Shown in pieces: positions 37,704-48,026 of a stretch of DNA of 64,000 nt. The stretch covers positions 864,001 to 928,000 of the forward strand of contig OY760937.1 in NCBI GenBank assembly GCA_963664225.1, given 5' to 3'. A program made the translations under genes and the position numbers. Origin of the DNA: Verrucomicrobiia bacterium (GTDB taxonomy: Bacteria > Verrucomicrobiota > Verrucomicrobiia > Limisphaerales > UBA1319). The first letter of the stretch is position 1. Every line of letters starts with the position of its first letter. Below the pieces are notes generated by a model. That model was given only the letters and a program-made list of their open reading frames with translations, did not search any database and was not told where the DNA came from.

Positions 37704-38452
37704 TGGAGCTAAAAACGAAAATAAATGTTGACCGTTCCAAGGGCCGCAGTGCCGCGCGCAGGCCCCGGGTGATGGACGCCACGCCGAGTTTTGGTGTGAC
37801 GAGTGTGAGCGCGCCGGGCTTTGCGCCAGCGGTGCGGATGGAGCCGGTCGATCCTGTGCGGGCGCGCATATTAAAAGCGGCGGAGGATCAGTTTTTGACC
37901 AACGGATTCAGCACAGTCACCATGGAAGACATGGCGGTTGGCCTGGGCATGAGCAAAAAGACCATGTACCGGCATTTCCGCAGCAAGGAGCAGTTGGTCA
38001 AGATGATGCTTTTGAGCCGGCTCAACAGGATTCATCGACATCTGGAGGGGATTCACAGCGATCCGACGCTGGATGTGGTCACCCGCATGAAACAAATCCT
38101 GGAGTTTCTCACATTGCGACTTGGAGAGGTCAAACAGCCGTTTTTCCGCGATCTTCAGCGACATGCGCCGGAAATTCTTAAGCTGGTGGATAATTACCGC
38201 ATGCGGGCCATCCCGGCCATTTTCGGAAAGGTGTTCGAGGAAGGGCAGCGGATGGGGTTGATGCGTGAAGACATGCCAAAGGAACTGGTGATCGAGATGC
38301 TGCGGGTGTGCGTGCAAAACATCATCAATCCCGAGGTTCTGACCCGGCTGGACCTGCCCTTGCGAAAGGCTTTTGAGATGATATTGGACATGCTATTTAA
38401 CGGAATCATGACCGCCGATGGAAAAATTGCGTATGAAAAAATCCGGTCTTAA
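37703..38452 (+). CDS. TetR/AcrR family transcriptional regulator
   Basis: RILKAAEDQFLTNGFSTVTMEDMAVGLGMSKKTMYRHFRSKEQL HTH; start uncertain. Confidence 0.9.
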   Translation: MELKTKINVDRSKGRSAARRPRVMDATPSFGVTSVSAPGFAPAVRMEPVDPVRARILKAAEDQFLTNGFSTVTMEDMAVGLGMSKKTMYRHFRSKEQLVKMMLLSRLNRIHRHLEGIHSDPTLDVVTRMKQILEFLTLRLGEVKQPFFRDLQRHAPEILKLVDNYRMRAIPAIFGKVFEEGQRMGLMREDMPKELVIEMLRVCVQNIINPEVLTRLDLPLRKAFEMILDMLFNGIMTADGKIAYEKIRS

Positions 38453-39419
38453 TTATTTGAATCAGTGGGGGGCAGTCTTGGTGCTGGCCGTGTTTGGGGT
38501 TTTGCTGAGCGGATGCTCGGACTCAAACAAAGCTCAATGGCAGGGATACATCGAGGGGGAATATGTGCTGGTGGCCTCGCCAATCGGGGGCGCGCTGGAG
38601 CACTTGAACGTGAAGCGGGGGGATCAGGTCAAGGCGGGGGAAGTCTTGTTTGGCCTGGAGCACGCAACGGAAGAGGCGGCACGCAACGAGGCGGCGGCCC
38701 GTTTGGGCCAAGCCAGGGCGCGTCTGGAAAACATCACCAAGGGCAAACGTCCGACTGAGATTGCGAGCATCGAGGCGCGACTGGCTCAGGCGCAGTCGAG
38801 TCTGGAACTATCCAAGGCGGAATTCAGCCGGTGGGAAAAGCTCAAGTCAGACGGGGTGGCTTCACAATCGGAGTTCGATCGCGTTCGCGCGTCTTATGAA
38901 CGGGATCAGAGGCTTGTGGCGGAGTGGAATTCCGAGCTGGCCACGGCGAAGCTGGGAGGTCGAACGGATGAGGTGCAGGCGGCGGAGGCTGAAGTGGCGT
39001 CCATGACGGCAGCGCTGGCGCGCACGGAGTGGAACCTGAGCCAGAAGAAGCAAAGCGCGCCGACCAATGGTTTGGTGTTCGACACGCTCTATCGGTCCGG
39101 GGAATGGGTTCCTGCGGGAATGCCGGTGGTTTCGATATTGCCTCCGGGCAACGTAAAGACGCGTTTCTTTGTGCAACAAACAAGGCTGGGGGCAATGAAG
39201 GTCGGCCAAAAACTCCTGATCAAAGCGGATGGCGCGCCCGGGAGTTATCCCGCGAAGGTTACATATATTGCGCCGCAGGCCGAATACACGCCGCCTGTCA
39301 TTTACAGCCGGGACAACCGGGCGAAATTGGTGTTCATGGTGGAGGCCGCGTTTGACGCGCCTGATCCGGCAATTCTGCATCCGGGGCAGCCGGTGGATGT
39401 GCAGTTGGCCACAGAATAA
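38433..39419 (+). CDS. HlyD-family membrane fusion lipoprotein (YbhG-like)
   Basis: Lipobox LLSGC, QGYIEGEYVLVASP.GG, coiled-coil hairpin, AEYTPPVIYS, LHPGQPVDV. Confidence 0.9.
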   Translation: MKKSGLNYLNQWGAVLVLAVFGVLLSGCSDSNKAQWQGYIEGEYVLVASPIGGALEHLNVKRGDQVKAGEVLFGLEHATEEAARNEAAARLGQARARLENITKGKRPTEIASIEARLAQAQSSLELSKAEFSRWEKLKSDGVASQSEFDRVRASYERDQRLVAEWNSELATAKLGGRTDEVQAAEAEVASMTAALARTEWNLSQKKQSAPTNGLVFDTLYRSGEWVPAGMPVVSILPPGNVKTRFFVQQTRLGAMKVGQKLLIKADGAPGSYPAKVTYIAPQAEYTPPVIYSRDNRAKLVFMVEAAFDAPDPAILHPGQPVDVQLATE

Positions 39420-39423
39420 CGCG

Positions 39424-40347
39424 ATGAACGGGGAACTGGTCATTGACGTGGAAGGGATCACCAAGCGCTACGGCGGAAGGCCTGTGGTGAACCAGATTGG
39501 AATGAAGGTTCGGCGCGGAGAGATTTACGGTTTTCTTGGCCCCAACGGGAGCGGCAAGACCACATTTTTACGGATGCTTTGCGGGTTGCTCACGCCGGAT
39601 GAAGGAAAGGGAACATGCCTTGGCTTCGATATTCTTTCCGAGTCCGGGGAGATCAAGAAGCATGTGGGCTACATGACGCAGCGATTCAGCTATTATGAGG
39701 ATCTGAGCATTGAGGAGAACCTTGATTTTGTGGCGCGGATTTTCGGGGTGAAAGACCGGCGGCGGGCGGTGGATCACAGTCTGGAACAGCTTGGGCTGAC
39801 AGAACGGCGGCGGCAACTGGCCGGGGTGTTATCTGGCGGGTGGAAACAGCGTCTGGCATTGGCGGCGAGCCTGATTCACGATCCGCAGCTCCTGCTTTTG
39901 GACGAGCCCACGGCAGGGGTGGATCCCAAGGCGCGACGGGATTTTTGGGAGGAAATTCACCGGCTGGCGGCGCAGGGTTTGACGGTGTTGATCACGACCC
40001 ACTACATGGATGAGGCCGAGCGATGTCATCGGCTGGCGTATATCGCCTACGGCAACCTTCTGACGCGAGGCACGGTGCAGGAAGTGATCCAGGCGGCGGG
40101 TTTGACAACGTGGTCCGTCACTGGAGAAAGCCTTTATCAATTGGAGGAACAGTTGCGCAAGCTGCCTGGGGTGGAAGAAGTGGTGGCGTTCGGAAACACC
40201 TTGCACGTCAGCGGACGGGATGCCGGATTGCTGCAGACAAGCCTGGCGCCATTTCTGGCGGGGCCGCACAAATGGCAGCCGATTCAACCTGGTTTGGAGG
40301 ATGTGTTCATCAGCCTGATGGAAAACGCGAAGGACAACTTTTCATGA
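39424..40347 (+). CDS. ABC transporter ATP-binding protein (YbhF-like)
   Basis: GPNGSGKTT, LSGGWKQR, LLLDEPT, TTHY. Confidence 0.94.
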   Translation: MNGELVIDVEGITKRYGGRPVVNQIGMKVRRGEIYGFLGPNGSGKTTFLRMLCGLLTPDEGKGTCLGFDILSESGEIKKHVGYMTQRFSYYEDLSIEENLDFVARIFGVKDRRRAVDHSLEQLGLTERRRQLAGVLSGGWKQRLALAASLIHDPQLLLLDEPTAGVDPKARRDFWEEIHRLAAQGLTVLITTHYMDEAERCHRLAYIAYGNLLTRGTVQEVIQAAGLTTWSVTGESLYQLEEQLRKLPGVEEVVAFGNTLHVSGRDAGLLQTSLAPFLAGPHKWQPIQPGLEDVFISLMENAKDNFS

Positions 40348-41483
40348 AGGCGTACGAATTTTCCCTCCGCCGTTTCTGGGCCCTGGTGATCAAGGAATTC
40401 ATCCAGATGCGACGGGACCGGTTGACGTTTGGGATGATGATCGGCATCCCGGTGATGCAGTTGATCCTGTTTGGATTTGCCATCAATGCGGATCCGAAAC
40501 ATCTGCCGACGGCCATATTATGCGCGGATAATAGCGTGTTTTCGCGAACGCTGGTGCAGGCCCTGAAGAACAGCGATTATTTCGATGTTTTGACCGTGGC
40601 CACCAACGAGGTGCAGGCGCAGCGTTTGCTGGATCTGGGAGATGTGCAGTTTGTTTTCAACATTCCCGAGGATTTTGGCAGGAAATTGATGCGGGGGGAG
40701 AGGCCCAAGGTGCTGCTGGAGGCGGACGCCACGGATCCGGTGGCGACCGGGAACGCCTTTTCGGCGATTAATAACTTGATGACCACCGCGCTGGACCGTG
40801 ATTACAAGGGGCCGTTGGTGAAACTCAGAGCGACGCCGTCCGCGGTCGAACTGCGCATTCACCGCAAGTACAATCCCGATGCGATCACGCGCTATAACAT
40901 TGTGCCCGCGCTGATGGGAGTGGTGCTGACGATGACGATGGTGGTGATCACGGCACTGGCGGTCACGCGGGAAAGAGAGCGCGGAACGATGGAGAATCTG
41001 CTATCGACGCCCGCGCATCCGGCGGAGGTGATGATTGGCAAGATCGTTCCCTACATCGTGGTGGGATATATTCAGGTGTTGCTCATCATGTTTGTGGCGG
41101 GATTTTTGTTCCAGGTGCCCATATTGGGAAATCCAATTCTGTTGCTGGCGGTGGCGCTGGTGTTTATTGCGGCCAATTTGTCGGTCGGAATCACGTTTTC
41201 CACACTGGCGAAAAACCAATTGCAGGCGATGCAGATGTCGTTCTTTTTCTTTCTGCCATCGATCCTGCTATCGGGCTTCATGTTTCCGTTTCGCGGGATG
41301 CCCCAATGGGCGCAGGCGGTGGGGTCCGTATTGCCGCTGACCCATTTTATTCGGATCGTGCGGGGCATACTTTTGAAAAACAACGGAATCACGGAAACCT
41401 TGCCACATTTGTGGCCCATCGTGCTGTTCATGGTGGTGGTGCTTTCGATTGGATTGAAGCGCTATCAGCGAACGCTGGATTGA
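40344..41483 (+). CDS. ABC-2 type permease (YbhS/YbhR-like)
   Basis: KEFIQMRRD, RERERGTMENLL, LLSGFMFP, PLTHF; ATGA overlap. Confidence 0.92.
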   Translation: MKAYEFSLRRFWALVIKEFIQMRRDRLTFGMMIGIPVMQLILFGFAINADPKHLPTAILCADNSVFSRTLVQALKNSDYFDVLTVATNEVQAQRLLDLGDVQFVFNIPEDFGRKLMRGERPKVLLEADATDPVATGNAFSAINNLMTTALDRDYKGPLVKLRATPSAVELRIHRKYNPDAITRYNIVPALMGVVLTMTMVVITALAVTRERERGTMENLLSTPAHPAEVMIGKIVPYIVVGYIQVLLIMFVAGFLFQVPILGNPILLLAVALVFIAANLSVGITFSTLAKNQLQAMQMSFFFFLPSILLSGFMFPFRGMPQWAQAVGSVLPLTHFIRIVRGILLKNNGITETLPHLWPIVLFMVVVLSIGLKRYQRTLD

Positions 41484-41776
41484 TGGGCCTGGCGCAGGGC
41501 AACATTCCCTTCCTTTTAGCGTCAAATTTCCCGCCCATTAGCGGTTACAATCCATCCCGCGCCAGCCCCATGCGTCAACCACGCTCCAAACCATCCAATC
41601 GTTCAAGAACCCGTCCAATATTCCTTTTGACAACACGCCCATCTCAAATCAACATTCTTTTCACGACCAAATTGCTATTGCGCATGAATGTCTCCAAGCC
41701 ATACGACAAGTCCTGCCAACGGACTTCAATCCACTCAGTGCCGACGCGCATCCGCCAAAGTCCCCTATCCATTGGC

Positions 41777-41873
41777 CATGAGCATGACGCAACCAACCGG
41801 CCCAGGTGTGTGCCCCGCCACCCCGGTTCCGGCTCACTCTATGAATACGATGCCCGTCGGCCGGAGATTGGCA
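41777..41873 (+). pseudogene. Possible degenerate RHS/YD-repeat fragment
   Basis: HEHDATNR...GS..YEYDA, then with a 1-nt shift at 41855 VGRRLA, giving two YD-like repeats. Confidence 0.3.
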
Positions 41874-41958
41874 AATCGGCCCCCCGGTTGGATAAGAGTA
41901 ATTGATTCTCACCATCTTACATCATTCCTAAAACTGCCGCGGCAATGGTGAACACCTC

Positions 41959-42303
41959 ATGGCACCAATAAAACACCTGCAAATTGACCCGGAAAAAATG
42001 ATATGCCCGGTATGCCACCAAATCTATGGTGCCAAGAAAAAAGTGAGCATCGAAGTCAGCAGCACGAATATCGTTGTTTCGATTCTATTGTCGTTGGCCA
42101 TACTTGTATTTGAGTCATATTACCGGCTGTCCCCTAAGGAACCGCTGTATTCCTGGTTGGCACGAGAGTCGGAGGATCCGTCAACAGACTGGACCGCTTT
42201 TATTGTGGCGGTCGCAATTCTTTCAATCGCAATCAGCTTTGTCGGAACAATCCTCAAATCTTTTCGGAAATGTGCGTATTGCCATGCTGCGCTTAACTCA
42301 TAG
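41959..42303 (+). CDS. Small hypothetical membrane protein, CxxC - 2 TM - CxxC
   Basis: CPVC near N-terminus, CAYC at C-terminus, two hydrophobic stretches; AT-richer than flanks. Confidence 0.6.
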   Translation: MAPIKHLQIDPEKMICPVCHQIYGAKKKVSIEVSSTNIVVSILLSLAILVFESYYRLSPKEPLYSWLARESEDPSTDWTAFIVAVAILSIAISFVGTILKSFRKCAYCHAALNS

Positions 42304-42511
42304 TGCTAAAAAGTCTATAATAAAAAGATTGAGTCAAAATCGGTCAAACCATGGTATGGTTCGCTTTTGAATGCTTGAATAAATCGAACCATCCGGCCCC
42401 TTGCGCAAGCCATCCGCACGGCATCCATTTTTAACCAAACCCGCTCTGGCAGGTAGCCAGAACCCGGCCTTAATTCTCCGCCGAATGTGGTCCTCTGCGC
42501 GCCGCCCATCC

Positions 42512-42566
42512 TCCGGGCAACCCGGAACGGGCTGCGTTCCCAAAAATTCCAACGCTGTAGGCGTTG
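42512..42566. repeat. REP-like paired mini-hairpins
   Basis: TCCGGG-CAA-CCCGGA and CAACGC-TGTAG-GCGTTG in the intergenic region upstream of gatC. Confidence 0.45.
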
Positions 42567-42709
42567 AATCAAATTCCATTCCCAATCCCGCTCATCCATG
42601 TTTGTTCTGCACGTTTTTCGCTTGCCGAGGAATTTTATCATGCGCCCGACTGGCGGATGTTGGCAATAATCGGCTTGCGACGGGGGGCGGGGTTGGTCAA
42701 AGTGGAGGC

Positions 42710-42997
42710 ATGGCAGATACAGGCATGGACGTTAAATACGTGGCTCACCTCGCGCGTTTGGAACTGACGCCCGGGGAGGAGCAGAAATTCGGCGCGCAGC
42801 TCGGGCAAATCCTGGGTTACATCGAGAAGCTTAATCAACTCGATGTGACGGGCATTGAGCCGACCGCTCACGCTGTTCCAATGGTCAATGTGACACGGGC
42901 GGATGAGGTGAAGACTTCGCTGCCCACGGAGCGTGCCTTGATGAACGCGCCGGCCCAGGCCAATGGGTTGTTTATTGTTCCAAAAATCGTCGAGTAA
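42710..42997 (+). CDS. gatC: Asp/Glu-tRNA amidotransferase subunit C
   Basis: DVKYVAHLARLEL, ILGYIEKLNQLD..GIEPT, NAP....FIVPKIVE; GGAGG RBS. Confidence 0.93.
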   Translation: MADTGMDVKYVAHLARLELTPGEEQKFGAQLGQILGYIEKLNQLDVTGIEPTAHAVPMVNVTRADEVKTSLPTERALMNAPAQANGLFIVPKIVE

Positions 42998-43029
42998 TCG
43001 CCCCCTGAACAGAAGCCAGGATCATTTTC

Positions 43030-44487
43030 ATGCTTAATCAACTGACCATCTCGGAAGTTCAAAACAAACTGGCGCGTCGGGAGGTTTCGGCGCGCGAAGT
43101 CACCCAGGCCTGCCTGGACCGCATTCAGAATGTCGATGGGCGCGTTCACGCTTTTTTGAGCGTGGATGCCGCCGATGCGCTGGTGCAGGCGGATCGCGCC
43201 GATGCCCAGCGGAAGGCGGGAGCGACGGACAAACCGTTGCTGGGAATCCCCATTGGAATCAAAGATGTGATCGCGGTGAAGGATCAGCCGTTGAACTGCG
43301 CGTCGAAGATTCTGGGGAAATATGTCTCGCCTTATGACGCCACGGTGATCGAAAAGCTCAAAGCTGCCGGGGCGATTGTTTTTGGCCGGCTCAACATGGA
43401 TGAATTTGCGATGGGCAGCTCGACGGAGAATTCGGCCTTTGTCACGACGCGCAATCCGTGGGATGTGACGCGGATTCCGGGAGGGTCCTCGGGTGGTTCG
43501 GCCGCCGCCGTGGCCTCGGACGAGTGCCTCTGCGCGCTGGGATCGGACACGGGAGGTTCCATCCGCCAACCCGCGGCGCTGTGCGGCGTGGTGGGGTTGA
43601 AACCGACTTATGGCCGGGTGTCGCGTTTCGGTCTGGTCGCATTCGCCTCTTCACTGGATCAAATCGGGCCGATGACCCGCAGCGTGTCGGATGCGGCGCG
43701 TGTTTTGAGCGCGATCAGCGGCAAGGATGAGCGCGATTCGACGAGCGTGTCCGAGCCGGTGCCGGATTACGCGGCGGGGCTGACGGGGAATATTCGCGGG
43801 CTCAAGCTGGGAGTGGCCAGGGAATTCATGCTGGGAGGACTGGACCCGGAGATCAACCAGGCGATGCAGAACGCGATCAAGAAATATCAGGAGCTTGGGG
43901 CTGAAGTGGTGGAAGTGTCGTTGCCGCATTCGGAATATGCGGTGGCCACGTATTATATTATTGCCACAGCGGAGGCCAGCGCGAATCTCGCCCGGTTCGA
44001 TGGCGTTCGTTACGGGGCGCGAGTCGATGGAAAAGACCCGATCGAGATGTATTCCAAGACGCGCGGGGCTGGATTTGGGCCGGAGGTCAAGCGGCGCATC
44101 ATTCTGGGGACCTACGTGCTGAGCAGCGGCTATTACGATGCGTTTTATCTGCGAGCGCAGAAGGTGCGCACGCTGATCCGGCAGGATTTTCTCAAGGCCT
44201 TCGAGAAGGTGGATGCGATCATATCGCCGACCACACCCACACCGGCGTTCAAGATCGGTGAGAAATCCGAGGATCCGCTGCAGATGTATTTGTCGGATAT
44301 TTTCACGATTTCCTGCAATCTGGCGGGGATTTGCGGATTGAGCATGCCGTGTGGATTTTCCAGCAATCCCAAGCTGCCGATCGGGCTGCAACTGCTTGGG
44401 AAACCTTTTGGTGAAGCCACCTTGTTGAACCTGGCACATGCTTATGAACAGGCGACCACCTGGCATATAGAGAAACCCGCTCTTTGA
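43030..44487 (+). CDS. gatA: Asp/Glu-tRNA amidotransferase subunit A
   Basis: [57 protein letters not shown]. Confidence 0.96.
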   Translation: MLNQLTISEVQNKLARREVSAREVTQACLDRIQNVDGRVHAFLSVDAADALVQADRADAQRKAGATDKPLLGIPIGIKDVIAVKDQPLNCASKILGKYVSPYDATVIEKLKAAGAIVFGRLNMDEFAMGSSTENSAFVTTRNPWDVTRIPGGSSGGSAAAVASDECLCALGSDTGGSIRQPAALCGVVGLKPTYGRVSRFGLVAFASSLDQIGPMTRSVSDAARVLSAISGKDERDSTSVSEPVPDYAAGLTGNIRGLKLGVAREFMLGGLDPEINQAMQNAIKKYQELGAEVVEVSLPHSEYAVATYYIIATAEASANLARFDGVRYGARVDGKDPIEMYSKTRGAGFGPEVKRRIILGTYVLSSGYYDAFYLRAQKVRTLIRQDFLKAFEKVDAIISPTTPTPAFKIGEKSEDPLQMYLSDIFTISCNLAGICGLSMPCGFSSNPKLPIGLQLLGKPFGEATLLNLAHAYEQATTWHIEKPAL

Positions 44488-45212
44488 TGATTGTGAGCGG
44501 CCCTGACCAAACAATGATCGCAGCCGGGGAAACAGCGCATACTTTTCGGCGGCGATCAGGCCAAGAGTATTCCGGACAATATCTGGTTCAGACTCCTCAG
44601 GATTTTGAATCTGGAGGAAATCGACGATGGCCGTTGATCCTGTTTTTGCACGGGCTGGGCGAGCGCGGAACGTGCATCGAGATGGTCAAAAAGCATGGTC
44701 CGCCGAAAATCGCCGCAAGCAGGCCGGAGTTCCCGTTTATCGTGGTTTCGCCGCAATGTCCGGAGGGACAATGGTGGCGGACGGAATGGCTGGGAGCACT
44801 GGTGGACGAGGTTTGCGAGAAACTGCCGGTCGATGCGTCCCGGATTTACCTGACGGGCTTGAGCATGGGAGGATTCGGAACGTGGAATCTGGCCATGGCT
44901 TATCCTGAACGATTCGCCGCCATTGCGCCGATTTGCGGGGGAGGGGATCCTTACCCGCCGTATGGTTATGATGAGAGGCGGGGGCAGGCATTAAAGGCTC
45001 TGCCGATCCGTACTTTTCACGGGGCGATGGACACGGTTGTGAAAATGGAGGAAACGGAGCGGATGGTCCGGATTTTACGCCACTTCGGATGCAGCATTGA
45101 GTTTACAGTTTATCCCGAGGCCGGGCACGATTGCTGGACGCAGACGTATGAGGATCCCAAGCTTTACGAATGGTTTTTGAGCCAGCGGAAGGCTGGGGCG
45201 GCGCTGCGCTGA
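44487..45212 (+). CDS. Alpha/beta hydrolase (phospholipase/carboxylesterase, prolyl oligopeptidase-like)
   Basis: PLILFLHGLGERG, GLSMGG nucleophile, FHGAMD, AGHDCW; overlaps gatA stop (TGATG). Confidence 0.88.
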   Translation: MIVSGPDQTMIAAGETAHTFRRRSGQEYSGQYLVQTPQDFESGGNRRWPLILFLHGLGERGTCIEMVKKHGPPKIAASRPEFPFIVVSPQCPEGQWWRTEWLGALVDEVCEKLPVDASRIYLTGLSMGGFGTWNLAMAYPERFAAIAPICGGGDPYPPYGYDERRGQALKALPIRTFHGAMDTVVKMEETERMVRILRHFGCSIEFTVYPEAGHDCWTQTYEDPKLYEWFLSQRKAGAALR

Positions 45213-45218
45213 AGAGGG

Positions 45219-46307
45219 TTATCGAGTTGTCGGCGGATCGGACTTTTCCATTGATGAGAGATGAGTCTGGAGGTAACTGCGGACCTGGTCGCATTCTGCG
45301 CTGACTGAATCCACGCTGGCCAGGGCATCGGCGGTTGCGTGTGTCTGTATCAAGTTTTGTAGTTTTTCGAATGCCATTCCGATGGATTTCATGCCGCAAA
45401 ACTCGCTGACGCTGGCGCCCATTTTCACCCACCCGACGGCCTTCGATCTGGAACCTTCGGTCAGGGCCGCCTTGATTTCATCAATGCGCATGCGAGTTTG
45501 CTCCAGATAAAGCAAGGCCATCTCGTGCATATGCTGCGCGTCACCGTTTGCGCATGCCAGAAGCGCCTGCATGTCCACGGGGCCTGTCTTATCCAAAAAG
45601 AGGGCTCTTAATTCGTCGGGTATCCCAGGTGGGAGATGCGAAAGCGGGTCGGGAGGGACTTCCGATACCGGGCGACCAGTTTGAGTGGAAGAATCCGGGG
45701 TGTTGGAATCGGATGCCTGGCTCACACATGCGGCGCTTTGAACCGCTGTGGACGAGGGTCCCTGGACGGGCGGCATGCGTTCCAACCGCGGCGCGCGTTT
45801 TGCGGGTTTATCGGGTTGGGGGCCCATGGAGGAGAACCATTCCTGCAGGGCGACCGGGCAACCGAGCGAGGATATCCGATGGCGGAAGAGGAATGCGCCG
45901 GTGGATAGCATGCCCATGCAGAAAATAAAACGCAGCGCCTTGCTTGAACGGTTGTGGCTTTCCTGAATGGCCAATTTTTCCAATTCACTTTCCCTTTCGA
46001 TCGCGTTTTTGCGGGCGACGGCTTCGATGCGCAGGCCTTCAACCAGACGGCTTTTGTATTGCATGCGCATCTGGAGGCGTTGGCGGCCCATTTCCTCCTG
46101 TTGGCGGATGGAATCGCGCGCGCGCTGGTCTTGAATGGCTTTTTTCTGGGCTGGAGAGGCCTGTTCCATGCCGGGAATCACTGTATCCATCGCAGCAAAC
46201 AGACTCGCGAAGAAAACGGTGGCGAAAAGAAGCACGAGGCTGATTAGCGCCATCGATTTCCGGGTTCTGAGGGTTGTGTCCTGCATTGTAAACAAAGAAA
46301 GGGGCAT
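45219..46307 (-). CDS. Membrane protein: exported coiled coil, TM, Pro/Ser linker, C-terminal Hpt-like helical domain
   Basis: Two hydrophobic segments; C-terminal D..ALL....GD...M.EM..LYLEQ....I.EI..AL..G pattern typical of Hpt domains. Start uncertain. Confidence 0.6.
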   Translation of the reverse strand: MPLSLFTMQDTTLRTRKSMALISLVLLFATVFFASLFAAMDTVIPGMEQASPAQKKAIQDQRARDSIRQQEEMGRQRLQMRMQYKSRLVEGLRIEAVARKNAIERESELEKLAIQESHNRSSKALRFIFCMGMLSTGAFLFRHRISSLGCPVALQEWFSSMGPQPDKPAKRAPRLERMPPVQGPSSTAVQSAACVSQASDSNTPDSSTQTGRPVSEVPPDPLSHLPPGIPDELRALFLDKTGPVDMQALLACANGDAQHMHEMALLYLEQTRMRIDEIKAALTEGSRSKAVGWVKMGASVSEFCGMKSIGMAFEKLQNLIQTHATADALASVDSVSAECDQVRSYLQTHLSSMEKSDPPTTR

Positions 46308-46319
46308 TGTTTTTTGGTG

Positions 46320-48020
46320 TCAGGTGCCAAACCCTTCATGGGGCGTCAATTCCTCGATGTGGCGCACCAGGACACGATTGGCGATGGGCAGTCCGAGGTC
46401 GATATAGCGGTTGGGATCGTCGCTGTAGCGGCTGTGAACACGGGGATCATAAGTGAATCGGAGGGAAGAGTTAAAGACGATGGCCTCGTTGCGGCAGATC
46501 ACGCTGCCGAAGAATTGGGAGTTGGCACCCGCCAGACGCATTGCGATGGCATGATTGCAATAATACACGCCATGAACGGTGTTCATGTTGTTGCTTGAGA
46601 TGTCGTCAAAACTCAGGCGCGAGCCATCGCCATTGGTTGGATAATAGGCGATGGCCGCAGCGCGCGCATCTGAGAATTGAATGTCGCTGGCGTAGTTGTA
46701 GGCGCCATCGATGGCGCCATTGCCATCGGCGTCATACCAGGCGCTGTCGGGAGTCCCATTGTTATCGGTGTCCAGATAGGGGGTGTTGTCATCAGGCGTA
46801 TGGGCAATGCCGTCTTTTCCAAGTTGCGATTCGTCGCCCACATTTTTTAAACCATAGGAGGCATTGTCATAGCAATAGCCCTTCCAATCCGCTGAATTGG
46901 GATTGCCACCGAAAATGGATTCGCGCACGGCAAATGCGACAAGGTCCTTCTGGTTGTTGACGGCAGATTTAACCCACGCATCGCGGTTGGTGGCGGACAT
47001 GCCTGTGGGAGGAGTGCTGAAATCCGGGCCGTTTTTGTATATCACGTCCCCAGCGATATAGAGATTCCTGCCCACATACAGGGTGCCCACACCTGTGACG
47101 ACGCCCTTGATAATGACATCACCCGGGATGAGCACCGGGCCGACGACATTGATGGGCGCGTTCGAGGTTCCCACGAGGTAAAGTCCGGATTTGGTGTTGT
47201 TGTGCCAGGCATCGACAACCAAATTCGTTCCGACATAAAGTTTGCCCTGTGCGTTTAGCGCCTTGGTTTTGTAATAACTCATGTCCAGGAGATTGGGCAT
47301 GGGAAGACGAGGCGCACCGCTGTGCACAAAGAGGGTTGGATCGGTTCCGGCAATTCCGTGAAAAGGAGGGTTTCCAGCCAGGGGGTCAATTGGATTGCCG
47401 TTGGATTGGATTTCCCCGTTGGCCACGAGACTGCCATTGACGGTGGGATAATCGCGGAAATCGAAATCCCAATTGGCCCGGTTGTCGCCATTTCCAGTGA
47501 TGGTATTGCCCCACCACCAGCCCCAATTGTTTAAGAAGTATTCGTAATCGAAGACCTGGCTGGGCGGATTCTTCTGAATGGTCATTTGAAGAGTGCGCAC
47601 CTTGACCCCCACTTTGGAGGAAGCGGTGACCAGGTAGTAATTGGCAATGCCGTTGGGATGGTTGTTAATGGTCAGCCAAGCGCTTTGGAACATGGAGTCC
47701 GGGCTGCCGGTGAGGCTTGCTAAATAGGGGAGGTCGATGGATCCGCCCAAGGTGGAGTATTCTCCCAGGAATGGGGCGTTCGTGCCGCCCTGGTCGGCGT
47801 CCGCAATTTTTTGCGCGGCCCAGTTGAGGACGTTTTCCGAGTGATAATAGGCCTCGGTCCATTGGGAACGCTGGTAGGCTGAACGCAGGCGGAAGGTGCT
47901 GACCTGGAGCAAGGAAGCGGCTGAGATGGCCAGGATTGCACCCAAGACAATGGTAATGGCCAGCGCGGAACCGCAGGTCTGTCTGGGAGCGCCGGGGTAT
48001 TTAATGAAAATGCCTTTCAT
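46320..48020 (-). CDS. PilX/GspK-like minor pilin with large C-terminal domain
   Basis: G|SALAITIVLGAILAI prepilin-like start lacking Glu5, AYYHSE motif, YYLVTASSKVG..VRTL; DxDxNG loops. Confidence 0.7.
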   Translation of the reverse strand: MKGIFIKYPGAPRQTCGSALAITIVLGAILAISAASLLQVSTFRLRSAYQRSQWTEAYYHSENVLNWAAQKIADADQGGTNAPFLGEYSTLGGSIDLPYLASLTGSPDSMFQSAWLTINNHPNGIANYYLVTASSKVGVKVRTLQMTIQKNPPSQVFDYEYFLNNWGWWWGNTITGNGDNRANWDFDFRDYPTVNGSLVANGEIQSNGNPIDPLAGNPPFHGIAGTDPTLFVHSGAPRLPMPNLLDMSYYKTKALNAQGKLYVGTNLVVDAWHNNTKSGLYLVGTSNAPINVVGPVLIPGDVIIKGVVTGVGTLYVGRNLYIAGDVIYKNGPDFSTPPTGMSATNRDAWVKSAVNNQKDLVAFAVRESIFGGNPNSADWKGYCYDNASYGLKNVGDESQLGKDGIAHTPDDNTPYLDTDNNGTPDSAWYDADGNGAIDGAYNYASDIQFSDARAAAIAYYPTNGDGSRLSFDDISSNNMNTVHGVYYCNHAIAMRLAGANSQFFGSVICRNEAIVFNSSLRFTYDPRVHSRYSDDPNRYIDLGLPIANRVLVRHIEELTPHEGFGT

Positions 48021-48026
48021 GACATG

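Noticed and set aside
37317..37869. ORFs encoding (LALGSWL)n and the (KSQEPRA)n N-terminal extension of TetR
   Set aside because: Artefacts of a stop-free heptamer array; a good promoter lies downstream of the array, favouring a TetR start at 37703 or later.
42578..42595. attR copy of the tRNA-Gly 3' end (ATTCCCAATCCCGCTCA)
   Set aside because: Too degenerate, and the intervening region is full of housekeeping genes.
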